A stretch of 24,000 nucleotides of DNA from Sphingobium sp. CAP-1 (GTDB lineage: Bacteria; Pseudomonadota; Alphaproteobacteria; Sphingomonadales; Sphingomonadaceae): the NCBI RefSeq assembly GCF_009720145.1, contig NZ_CP046252.1, positions 2,602,709-2,626,708 on the forward strand. Direction: 5' to 3'. Position numbers and translations under genes: made by a program. Below the pieces are notes generated by a model. The model ran no database searches, was not told the origin of the DNA, and saw only the letters and a list, made by a program, of their open reading frames with translations. How positions within the stretch are numbered: the stretch's first letter is position 1; the number at the start of each line of letters is the position of its first letter. Shown one piece after another: positions 9,225-17,376 of this stretch.

Positions 9225-9258
9225 ATTAAATCTACAAATGTGATTTAGTCTGTCAACC
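9225..9258 (-). promoter_or_regulatory. Promoter-operator cassette P1 in front of the fructokinase-MFS-GH32-receptor operon
   Basis: Minus strand reads GGTTGACAGACTAAATCACATTTGTAGATTTAAT. This gives TTGACA (9256..9251), a 16-nt spacer and TAGATT (9234..9229), with the palindrome TAAATC-N9-GATTTA embedded. Near-identical copies lie at 9507..9540 and 21269..21303. Confidence 0.65.
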
Positions 9259-9294
9259 GCAAAATTCGCGGCCGGCACGCCAGCTTTCGACGCG

Positions 9295-9340
9295 TAAAAA
9301 AAGGGGGAGGATCTGAGCTGCAAGCCCCGCATCCTCCCCC
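9295..9340 (-). terminator. Rho-independent terminator (minus strand)
   Basis: Minus strand reads GGGGGAGGAT-(18-nt loop)-ATCCTCCCCC followed directly by TTTTTTT. The perfect 10-bp GC-rich stem is 9303..9312 / 9331..9340 and the T-run is the rc of A9296..A9302. There is no T-run on the plus strand, so it is unidirectional. Confidence 0.8.
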
Positions 9341-9504
9341 TGATCTTCCAGCGTGCAGTCTGGAAAATCGGGCACATCCCGTCTGTCATGGCAGAGGGCG
9401 TTATAAAGTCGGTCAGGCGCCATGCCGGGAGAAAGGAGAGTTTTCTTCCGCCAGCCGCCCGCAGCATCCGGCACAGCCGGACAGTCGGGGCGACGCTGCC
9501 TGAC
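9295..9504 (-). ncRNA. Candidate small RNA of about 210 nt, bounded by cassette P2 and the intrinsic terminator
   Basis: The predicted TSS is about 7 nt downstream of the P2 -10 element (near 9504), and the 3' end is at the terminator U-tract (near 9295). No ORF with a Shine-Dalgarno sequence starts and stops inside the unit. It contains a CU-rich stretch, CUCUCCUUUCUCCC. Confidence 0.35.
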
Positions 9505-9506
9505 CC

Positions 9507-9540
9507 ATTAAATCTATCAATGTGATTTAGTATGTCAAGC
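9507..9540 (-). promoter_or_regulatory. Promoter-operator cassette P2 (same family as P1 and P3), 35 nt upstream of the divergent ROK regulator ORF
   Basis: Minus strand reads GCTTGACATACTAAATCACATTGATAGATTTAAT. This gives TTGACA (9538..9533), a 16-nt spacer and TAGATT (9516..9511), with the TAAATC-N9-GATTTA palindrome. It may also serve as the autoregulatory operator of the regulator gene. Confidence 0.6.
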
Positions 9541-9574
9541 GCCGCTATCGGGGTGTGGCCCTTGCCATCGATGC

Positions 9575-10792
9575 ATGGGCTGTTCCAAATGCCCGACGCT
9601 ATCGCGCATCATCTTGCTGCCGATAATCGAAGCGGGGTTTCTGGTGAACAAGCGTGGCAGCAATGCAGTCGGCGTGCGGCGATATAATGAACGCCTGATC
9701 CTGGCGACGGTGCGGCGGCTCAATGGGGCATCCAAGGCCGATCTTTCCAGGATAACCGGCCTGTCTCCGCAAGCGGCCGTCCGCATAGTCGAGAGCCTGG
9801 CGGAGGAAGGGCGGCTGATCAAGGCGGGGAAGCGCACGGGCGGCATGGGCCAGCCTTCCATCATCTACCGGATCAATGGGGACAGCGGCTGCACGATCGG
9901 CGTTGAAATCGGGCGTGATCGGCTGACATGCACGATGCTCGATTTTGATGGGCGGATCATCGCCTATGACAGCGCAAGCACCGCCTTTCCCAGCCCCGCC
10001 AGCGCCGTGGAGCAGATCCAGTCCTTTGCAAAGCATCACATGCCGCTGTTGCGCAAACAGCAGCGCGAGGGTTTTCTGGGATTTGGCATTGCGATGCCCT
10101 GGTTCATCGGCGAGTGGCGCGAGGAAGCGGGCATAGCCGCCCATCAGGCGGCGGCCTGGGCCGCGCCCGGACTGGAAGAGTTTTTCCAGTCCGAACTTGG
10201 CGGCACGGCCATTTTCGAAAATGACGGTAATGCCGGCGCCCTGGCCGAACTGATGTCCGGTGCCGGCGCAGGGCTGACGAATTTCCTCTATATCCATATC
10301 GGCAATTTCATTGGCGGCGGTCTGATCCTCAATGGGGAAATAAAGCGCGGAAAAAATGGCAATGCGGGCGCTCTCGCCTCGATGCCCGTGCCCAAGGGCG
10401 CGGATTTCGATTTCCTGCTTCATTCCGCCTCCCTCTATCAATTGCCATCCGGGGGCGAGACAGCCGATGCGCCATGGGACGCGTGGGTGACGCGTTGCGC
10501 GGACGCGCTGGCCTTCACGATAATCGGGGCCAACAGCCTTCTGGATCTGGATGCGGTGGTGATTGGCGGAACCCTCCCGCAAGACAAGCTGACTATTTTG
10601 CAGGCGCATATTCACGACACATTGCAGCATGCTGCCCCCAGGGATTTTTTCTGCCCGGAACTGCGGATCGGGTATAATGGCAGCAAGGCGCCGGCGATCG
10701 GCGCCGGTTTGTTGCCACTATTTTCCACTTACGCCCCCAATCTTACCTCCTTGCTCAAAGGCGACACGGCCCCGGCGCAGGTCGAACATTGA
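9575..10792 (+). CDS. ROK-family transcriptional regulator (NagC/Mlc/XylR-like), N-terminal wHTH plus sugar-kinase-like domain
   Basis: wHTH region VRRYNERLILATVRRLNGASKADLSRITGLSPQAAVRIVESLAEEGRL. ROK core motifs FENDGNAGALAE and GGGLILNGE. An alternative GTG start at 9644 (VNKRGSNAVG...) is possible. The canonical His/Cys zinc motif is absent. Confidence 0.88.
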   Translation: MGCSKCPTLSRIILLPIIEAGFLVNKRGSNAVGVRRYNERLILATVRRLNGASKADLSRITGLSPQAAVRIVESLAEEGRLIKAGKRTGGMGQPSIIYRINGDSGCTIGVEIGRDRLTCTMLDFDGRIIAYDSASTAFPSPASAVEQIQSFAKHHMPLLRKQQREGFLGFGIAMPWFIGEWREEAGIAAHQAAAWAAPGLEEFFQSELGGTAIFENDGNAGALAELMSGAGAGLTNFLYIHIGNFIGGGLILNGEIKRGKNGNAGALASMPVPKGADFDFLLHSASLYQLPSGGETADAPWDAWVTRCADALAFTIIGANSLLDLDAVVIGGTLPQDKLTILQAHIHDTLQHAAPRDFFCPELRIGYNGSKAPAIGAGLLPLFSTYAPNLTSLLKGDTAPAQVEH

Positions 10793-10801
10793 CGGTCGCC
10801 T

Positions 10802-12163
10802 TCACCGTCCCAACAGCTTCATGGCATCCACGGTGAACTTGAATCCCAGCACGAAGGCGTCCCGGATATTCCTGGTGCGATCCGGTGCCCCCGTCTGGTC
10901 CGGGTGAAGGATATATTGCACATTGGGCGACAGGCGGACCGCGGGATTGAGCTGGAACCCATAGGCCAGTTCCATCATATATTGGTGGCGGCGAATATCG
11001 GCGCGACCGCCCGCGGCCACCCGCGCGGCATTCATCCGCTGCATCGCCAGATCGCTGAACCGCTGGTCGTTGATCGCAAAGCCGATCGTATCCGCGTCGC
11101 GCCCGGCGAAAGTGCCGGTCTGCACAAGGCCGACGCCCAGATAGCGGCTTTCCTCGACCCGCCCTGACAGGTTGGTCATGGCGACGCCGAACAGGCTCAA
11201 CCCGCGTTCGGAGGCCGGGTCCGGACGGACAAGCATCTGATCGAACCGGAAATACAGGCCCGATCGCCCGTGCCGGGTCGCCGCCGGTCGCCCCGTCAGG
11301 ATCGCGATGCCGCCCTGATCGTCGCGTAGCGGATCGGCATAATCGCCGCGGTCGAACCAGCCACCGACGATATAGTGGCGGGGCAGGCGATCGGTGGAAA
11401 AATCGGTGCCATAGCTCAGTTCCCACGGCACGATGACGCCGGTCGCATTTTTCGTGCTGAAATTGAAACCATGGTCGCTCGCGCGCTTGCGGTCGGGATT
11501 CACTTCATAGACGCCCGCGTGCAGCATCACCTGTGGGGTGAGGTGCAGTTTGGCATGGGCCATCCAGCTCGACGCCGGAAAATAGGTGAAATTGCTGTTC
11601 TTAAAGACGAAAGTGGGATTGCCGCAGGCCGAGTTGGTCTGGAAATGGCAATAGAGCGGGGAATTGAGGAAATGGATATTGGCCTGGCTGCGTCCGGCCT
11701 CGATATCCAGCCGGCCATTCAGCAATGTCTGTTGCCAGGTCAATATGGCCAGATGGGTATTTTGCGTGCCGTAAATTTCCTGCACCGACGTATTGTTGCC
11801 GATGGCCATGGCGGCGAGATTCTTGCCATGACGGTTGGTTACGGCAACATGCAGCGCGCCGCCGCCAATGCCGAGCATATGATCGAGATCAAGGTCGGCA
11901 CCCACATAGAGCTGGCCGGCATGGGCGGCGTCATGGCGCAGGCCGCCCGACACATTGGCCGCCGCCTCGCCGGTATAGCTGAGGGACAGAGTCACGCCCT
12001 GCCCGGCCAGCGGCTGCCAGGATGACGCGGCTTCGCTGTCCGCCCGCGACGGGAGGGAGGATCGATCCCCGTCGGCGGCGACCCGGTCCTGCGCCGACGC
12101 GGCAGGCACGACAAGGGCTGCGACGCTCGCCAGGCAGGCGGCGGCCATTTTCCTCAAACGCAT
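10802..12163 (-). CDS. oprB: Carbohydrate-selective porin, OprB family
   Basis: 453 aa. Signal peptide MRLRKMAAACLASVAALVVPAASAQD. OprB-family look, with an aromatic/Gly-rich beta-barrel ending in a LGFKF-type strand. GGAGAGG Shine-Dalgarno lies 6 nt before the ATG. It starts 36 nt downstream of the fruA stop. Confidence 0.85.
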   Translation of the reverse strand: MRLRKMAAACLASVAALVVPAASAQDRVAADGDRSSLPSRADSEAASSWQPLAGQGVTLSLSYTGEAAANVSGGLRHDAAHAGQLYVGADLDLDHMLGIGGGALHVAVTNRHGKNLAAMAIGNNTSVQEIYGTQNTHLAILTWQQTLLNGRLDIEAGRSQANIHFLNSPLYCHFQTNSACGNPTFVFKNSNFTYFPASSWMAHAKLHLTPQVMLHAGVYEVNPDRKRASDHGFNFSTKNATGVIVPWELSYGTDFSTDRLPRHYIVGGWFDRGDYADPLRDDQGGIAILTGRPAATRHGRSGLYFRFDQMLVRPDPASERGLSLFGVAMTNLSGRVEESRYLGVGLVQTGTFAGRDADTIGFAINDQRFSDLAMQRMNAARVAAGGRADIRRHQYMMELAYGFQLNPAVRLSPNVQYILHPDQTGAPDRTRNIRDAFVLGFKFTVDAMKLLGR

Positions 12164-12199
12164 GAAAACCTCTCCGTTTATAGTGACGCGCGTCTGGCG

Positions 12200-13903
12200 T
12201 CAGGCCGATGCCTTCGTTCCGGGCCGCTTCAACAATCCCACCAGCAGCGCGCTGACCACCGTCCCGATCAGGATCGCCAGCGCATAGATGCCGACATGCG
12301 TGACGGCGCCGGGGATCGGCAGGACGAACAGGCCGCCATGCGGCACCTTGAGTTCGACGCCCGACATCATGGAGATCGCCCCCGTCACGGCCGATCCGGC
12401 CATGAGCGCGGGAATGACGCGCAGCGGATCGCGCGCCGCGAACGGGATTGCGCCTTCGGTGATGAAGGCCAGCCCCAGCACTGCCGCGGCGGCACCGGCT
12501 TCCCGTTCTTCAAGCGAGAAGCGGTTGCGGAACAGGCGGGTGGCGAGCGCGACCGCCAGCGGCGGCGTCATGCCGGCGGCCATGGTCGCGGCCATTGGCG
12601 TGTAGACCTGACTGGCGATCAGGCCGACCGAGAAGGCATAACCCGCCTTGTTGACCGGTCCGCCCATGTCGAATGCCGACATGGCGCCCAGGATCAGTCC
12701 CAGCGCCAGTGCGCTCGACCCCTGCATACTGCGCAACCATTCGGTCAGGAATGCCAGCACGGCGGCCACCGGCGCACCCACGGCATAGATCATCAGCAGC
12801 CCGGTCAGCAGCGTTCCCAGCAGCGGCAGGATCAGCACCGGCTTCAGTCCCTGCAAATTTTTGGGCAGCCGGATCAGGCGATTGAGCCAGTCGACGCCAT
12901 AGCCGGCGATGAAGCCGGCCACGATGCCGCCCAGAAAGCCGGCGCCCAGATTGGCGGCCAGCAGGCCGCCGATCATGCCCGGCGCGATGCCGGGGCGATC
13001 GGCAACGGAATAGGCGATATAGCCCGCCAGTGCCGGCACCATCAGCATGAAGCCGCCCTTTGCGCCGATTTCGAACAGCGCGTGCGCCAGCGTGCCGGCG
13101 GCGGCGGGATCATTTGCGTGAATGCCGCCCAGCGCAAAGGCCAGGGCGATCAGCAGACCGCCGGCCACCACGAAGGGCAGCATGAAGGACACGCCGGTCA
13201 TCAGATGCTTGTAGGGACCAGCCCGCTTTGCCCCCGATGCGCCTGCGGCCGGACCTTCCGCCGTCTGCGCCCCGCTTCCCGCGCTACCCTGCATGGTCGC
13301 TTCGGCCAGCGCCCGCTCGATCAGCTTCGCGCCGCCGGTGATGGCGGGTTTGGTATTGCCGGCGAACACCCGCTTGCCCGCGAAGCGACCGCGATCGACC
13401 TCTCGGTCGGCGGCGATCAGCACGATGTCGGCGGCGGCGATTTCCTCGGCCGTCAGGGGATTGCCCGCACCGACCGATCCCTGCGTTTCGACACGGATGG
13501 CGTAGCCAAGCTGCCGCGCGCCTTCGGTCAGTCCCTCGGCCGCCATGAACGTATGGGCGATGCCGGTCGGGCAGGAGGTGATGGCGACGATGCGGGGTGC
13601 TGCCGGCAGCGCGTGGCCTTGCGCGTCGCCGACCAGCGCGGCGGCGGGATCGGCAAGGACCGCTTCCAGCGTCAAACGGCGGTGCGGGCGGATTTCCGGC
13701 GCAGGGTCGCTTCCTTCCGGGGCGATGAGGAGCAGGTCGCCATCGCTGTCCTGCGGCAACGGATTGACGACGCCCTGCGCGGTGCGCAGCTCGATTTCGA
13801 TGATGCGCCCCGCGGCCCGCGCGGCCTTGCGCAGCGCTTCGCCGGCAAGGACGCCGGCAACACCGGATTCGCCGGCTTCCACCACCGCGAAAATCCTGCT
13901 CAT
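12200..13903 (-). CDS. fruA: PTS fructose-specific EIIB'BC component
   Basis: IIB active-site motif [16 protein letters not shown], a duplicated IIB-like N-terminal region and a polytopic IIC domain. Start at ATG 13903 (MSRIFAVV...) overlaps the fruK stop (ATGA at 13900..13903). The 123-aa upstream extension in the ORF track is rejected. Confidence 0.93.
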   Translation of the reverse strand: MSRIFAVVEAGESGVAGVLAGEALRKAARAAGRIIEIELRTAQGVVNPLPQDSDGDLLLIAPEGSDPAPEIRPHRRLTLEAVLADPAAALVGDAQGHALPAAPRIVAITSCPTGIAHTFMAAEGLTEGARQLGYAIRVETQGSVGAGNPLTAEEIAAADIVLIAADREVDRGRFAGKRVFAGNTKPAITGGAKLIERALAEATMQGSAGSGAQTAEGPAAGASGAKRAGPYKHLMTGVSFMLPFVVAGGLLIALAFALGGIHANDPAAAGTLAHALFEIGAKGGFMLMVPALAGYIAYSVADRPGIAPGMIGGLLAANLGAGFLGGIVAGFIAGYGVDWLNRLIRLPKNLQGLKPVLILPLLGTLLTGLLMIYAVGAPVAAVLAFLTEWLRSMQGSSALALGLILGAMSAFDMGGPVNKAGYAFSVGLIASQVYTPMAATMAAGMTPPLAVALATRLFRNRFSLEEREAGAAAAVLGLAFITEGAIPFAARDPLRVIPALMAGSAVTGAISMMSGVELKVPHGGLFVLPIPGAVTHVGIYALAILIGTVVSALLVGLLKRPGTKASA

Positions 13904-14847
13904 TGCTTCTCTCCCATGAGAATCTCCGTCTCGACGCGGGCGGCGAGCGCCTCGACCCTGTCCCTGGCGGGCAGATGCGGTCCCGCCTGCCCCAGTTTTC
14001 CGACGGCAAAGGCGGTCGACAGACGCGCCATGCGCTCCAGACCCGCGCCCTCCGCAAGGGCGGCGGCCAGACCCGCGACCATCGCGTCGCCGGCACCGAC
14101 CGTGCTTTCGACATGATCCGACACAAGGCGTGCGCGCAGCGTTTCCCGGCGGGTCAGGAACAGCGCGCCCTGATCGCCCATCGACACCGCGACGAGGTCG
14201 ACCCCGCGTTCCAGCAGCGATGCGGCGGCGGTGGCGATCGCGTGCGGCGTGTCGAGCGGAGCGCCATGCCATTCCACCAGTTCATGCAGATTGGGCTTCA
14301 GAATAGTGGGCAGCACGGCGCCGTCCAGCGCATGGCGCAGCGCCGGGCCGCTGCTGTCGAGCAGCACGATCGCCCCTCTGGCGCGCAGCATGGCGGTCAG
14401 GCGGGCATAGATATCGGGTGGGCATCCAGGTGGCAGGCTGCCCGACAGGATGACGACATCCCCGGCCTGTGCCTGGGCCTCCAGTGCCGCACCGACCGCG
14501 TCGACGCCCGCCTGCGCGACGGGGGCGCCGTCCATATTGATGTCGGTCGTGCCGTTGCCGTCGACGATCTTCAGATTGACGCGTATGCTGCCCGGATGCC
14601 GCAGGCAGCGGTCGATGATCGGCTTCGCGGCGAACAGCGCGTCGAAGGGCGCGGCATTTTCGCTGCCCAGCAGCCCCATGACCGTCACCGCCATGCCCCA
14701 GTCGGCAAGGCAACTGGCGGCATTGATCCCCTTGCCACCGGCGTCCTGCCGCACGGCGCGGGCGCGATGCACCGCGCCGGGAATCAGGTGATCGAGCGTC
14801 ACCGTCTGGTCGATCGCCGGGTTGAGGGTCAGGGTGAGGACAGCCAT
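13900..14847 (-). CDS. fruK: 1-phosphofructokinase (PfkB family)
   Basis: Motifs [14 protein letters not shown] and the C-terminal GAGDAMVAG. Start at ATG 14847 ([13 protein letters not shown]) overlaps the fruB stop by 1 nt (TGATG). The 69-aa extension in the ORF track is rejected. Confidence 0.93.
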   Translation of the reverse strand: MAVLTLTLNPAIDQTVTLDHLIPGAVHRARAVRQDAGGKGINAASCLADWGMAVTVMGLLGSENAAPFDALFAAKPIIDRCLRHPGSIRVNLKIVDGNGTTDINMDGAPVAQAGVDAVGAALEAQAQAGDVVILSGSLPPGCPPDIYARLTAMLRARGAIVLLDSSGPALRHALDGAVLPTILKPNLHELVEWHGAPLDTPHAIATAAASLLERGVDLVAVSMGDQGALFLTRRETLRARLVSDHVESTVGAGDAMVAGLAAALAEGAGLERMARLSTAFAVGKLGQAGPHLPARDRVEALAARVETEILMGEKQ

Positions 14848-17360
14848 CACGCGCTCTCCCCGTCCAGCGCGCGCACCTCCGCCGCACTCGTCGCATCGAG
14901 GGCGCGGGCGGCGAGCGACTGAAGATCGGCCAGGCTGCCGGCGCGGATGCGCGCCTTTACGGCGGGGATGTCGCGCGGGGTCATGGACAGTTCGTGCACG
15001 CCAAGCCCCGTCAGCAGCGCCGCGCCGAATGGATCGCCGGCAATGCCGCCGCATACGCCGACCCAGCGGTCATGCCTGCGCGCGCCCGCGACGGTCATGG
15101 CGATCAGGCGCAGCACGGCGGGATGCAGGCTGTCGGCCTCGCTCGCCAGTTCCGGATTCTGGCGATCGATGGCGAGCGCATATTGGGTGAGGTCATTGGT
15201 TCCGATCGAAAAGAAATCGGCATGGGCGGCCAGCGCATGGGCCTGAACGGCGGCGGCCGGCACTTCGATCATGATGCCGATGGGCAGGACGGGCGCGTCC
15301 AGCTCTGTGCGGATCGCCTCGCAGCGTTCGCGCAGCGCGAGGAGTTCGGATGCCGATGTGATCATCGGGAACATGATCGACAGGTCGCCGCCGCCCTTCG
15401 CGGCGCGATAGAGGGCGCGCAACTGCGGCTCCAGCAAATCGGGACGGCGCAGCAGCAGGCGCGCGCCACGCACGCCGAGAAAGGGATTCTCCTCCTTCGG
15501 CAGATCGAGATGCGGCACCTGCTTGTCGCCGCCAATGTCCAGCGCGCGCACGATCAGCGGCCGATCGCCCAGCGCGTCGATCATGTCGCGATAAATGCTG
15601 CACTGTTCTTCCTCGCCGGGGCTGTCGCCGCGTTCGAGGAACAGAAATTCAGTCCGCATCAGGCCCACCCCCTCGCCACCCTGGGCGAGGGCGAAAGCGA
15701 CCTGATCGGGCCGGTTCACATTGGCGCCAATGGCCAGCGCATGACCGTCGCGGGTGCGGGCGGGCAGGGCGCGCTCGGCCTCCTCGGCCACGCGCCGGGC
15801 CGCGATTTCATCGATCCAGAGGCGGGCCGACGCCAGATCGTCCGGGGAAGGATCGAGCCAGATGCGCCCATTGTCGCCATCGACGATGGCGGTGGTCCCG
15901 GCTGCCTGCGTCAACAGATCGGCCCCGCCCGCCACCATCGACGGCAGGCCAAGGGTGCGCGCCAGGATCGCACTGTGCGAGGTCGGGCCGCCCAGCGCGG
16001 TGGCGATGCCCGCCACCCGGCTGGTGTCGAGCGTCGCCGTATCCGATGGCGACAGGTCGGTCGCGACGAGGATGCAGGGCTGCTCCGGCAGGTCGGCCAG
16101 CGTGCCGACGCTCAGGCCCGGATCGATCTGGGCCAGCACGCGCCGGCCGATGTCGTGCAAATCTGCGGCGCGTGCGGCCAGCACCGGATTGCCCAGCGCG
16201 GAGAGCTTCCCGGCCATGCGGTCGATCGCCTGATGCCAGGACCAGGCGACGCCATGGCCTTCCACCATCAACTGGCAGGTCAGGGTGATGAGATCGGTGT
16301 CGTCCAGCAGCCCGGCCTGCGCCGCGAAGATGGCGGCGTCCCCCGCGCCCAGACGCCGGGTGGTGTCGTCGACCAGCGCCTTCATCTGCGCCCTGGTGCG
16401 GATCAGCGCGTCGTTGAGCAAGGCGCCGCCACCGACCAGATCGACCGGCTGATCGGGCACGTCCAGTTCGGCCGCGGCCAGCACATGGACCGGCCCGATG
16501 GCCAGGCCGGGGCTGGCGGCGACGCCCGCGATCATCACCGGATGGCCGACCGGCTTCCACCCGCGCACCGGCGCCTGCGCCTTTTCGGCGGCGCGCGCGG
16601 CATCCGCCTTTTCACGGGCGGTAAGGCCGGTGACGGTCCGCATGAACTGATCGAGCGCCGGGCGGGCGCCGGCGGAAATGGTGATGCGGTCGCCCGCTTT
16701 CAGTCCCAGTTGCAACAGCGAGACGAGACTGCGTGGATCGGCCATGTCGTCGCCATGGCGCACGCGCAGGGGGGCGGCCCCGACCTTGGCCGCTTCGCCC
16801 CAGGCCGAAGCCGGGCGGGCGTGCAGGCCCGCCGGATAGTCGACGGTCCATTCGACGCTTTCGGCCAGATCCTGCGCGGCCGGGCGGGCTTCGCTGGAGG
16901 CCGTATCCTGATGCAGCGCCGCGGCGATTTCCGCCGCATCATCGGTGGTCAGCAGCGCCGCAAGCCGCCCCTCATCCTGAATCAGCCGGGTCAGGCGACG
17001 CAGGATCGCGATATGACTGTCGGAACTGGCGGCGATGCCGACGACGAAATGCGCGCGCTGGCCGGGATTCCACTCAATCCCTTCGCGCAACTGGAGAACG
17101 ACGATGCCGTCGCGGCGGACCAGCCCCTTGTCCTCGCCAAGGCCGTGCGGAATGGCGACGCCCGATCCCAGATAGGTGTTCGCCACCGCCTCGCGCCGAA
17201 CCATGCTCTGGTCATAACCGGGCGCGACGCAACCGGCGGCGACCAATATCTGGCCTGCCTGGAGGATCGCCGATTCCTTGTCCGACGCCCGCGCGTCGAT
17301 GCGGATCAGATCTTCATGGCGCAGGGCATTTTGGGGGTCGGCAATCATGGCTTTGTGCAT
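14847..17360 (-). CDS. fruB: Fructose PTS multiphosphoryl transfer protein: EIIA(Fru)-HPr-like-Enzyme I fusion
   Basis: EIIA motif GSGVAIPHG, HPr-like GLHARPAS, and EI motifs GGPTSHSAILAR and IGTNDLTQY. This domain order is known for FruB/MTP of Pseudomonas and Rhodobacter. An alternative ATG lies 12 nt downstream (17348). Confidence 0.92.
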   Translation of the reverse strand: MHKAMIADPQNALRHEDLIRIDARASDKESAILQAGQILVAAGCVAPGYDQSMVRREAVANTYLGSGVAIPHGLGEDKGLVRRDGIVVLQLREGIEWNPGQRAHFVVGIAASSDSHIAILRRLTRLIQDEGRLAALLTTDDAAEIAAALHQDTASSEARPAAQDLAESVEWTVDYPAGLHARPASAWGEAAKVGAAPLRVRHGDDMADPRSLVSLLQLGLKAGDRITISAGARPALDQFMRTVTGLTAREKADAARAAEKAQAPVRGWKPVGHPVMIAGVAASPGLAIGPVHVLAAAELDVPDQPVDLVGGGALLNDALIRTRAQMKALVDDTTRRLGAGDAAIFAAQAGLLDDTDLITLTCQLMVEGHGVAWSWHQAIDRMAGKLSALGNPVLAARAADLHDIGRRVLAQIDPGLSVGTLADLPEQPCILVATDLSPSDTATLDTSRVAGIATALGGPTSHSAILARTLGLPSMVAGGADLLTQAAGTTAIVDGDNGRIWLDPSPDDLASARLWIDEIAARRVAEEAERALPARTRDGHALAIGANVNRPDQVAFALAQGGEGVGLMRTEFLFLERGDSPGEEEQCSIYRDMIDALGDRPLIVRALDIGGDKQVPHLDLPKEENPFLGVRGARLLLRRPDLLEPQLRALYRAAKGGGDLSIMFPMITSASELLALRERCEAIRTELDAPVLPIGIMIEVPAAAVQAHALAAHADFFSIGTNDLTQYALAIDRQNPELASEADSLHPAVLRLIAMTVAGARRHDRWVGVCGGIAGDPFGAALLTGLGVHELSMTPRDIPAVKARIRAGSLADLQSLAARALDATSAAEVRALDGESA

Positions 17361-17376
17361 CCTCTCTCGCGTCTCA

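Noticed and set aside
8985-9474. 160-aa (8985..9467) and 73-aa (9253..9474) minus-strand ORFs in the fructokinase/ROK intergenic region
   Set aside because: Both lack a Shine-Dalgarno sequence. Both read through a strong intrinsic terminator (9295..9340) and through promoter cassette P1. Composition is not gene-like. The region is better explained as non-coding regulatory or sRNA DNA.
9599-10630. 343-aa minus-strand ORF antisense to the ROK regulator. Similar shadow ORFs occur at 5103..6152, 6962..7690, 8031..8678, 20087..20974 and 22842..23714
   Set aside because: These are shadow ORFs of well-supported genes on the opposite strand, and their products are low-complexity.
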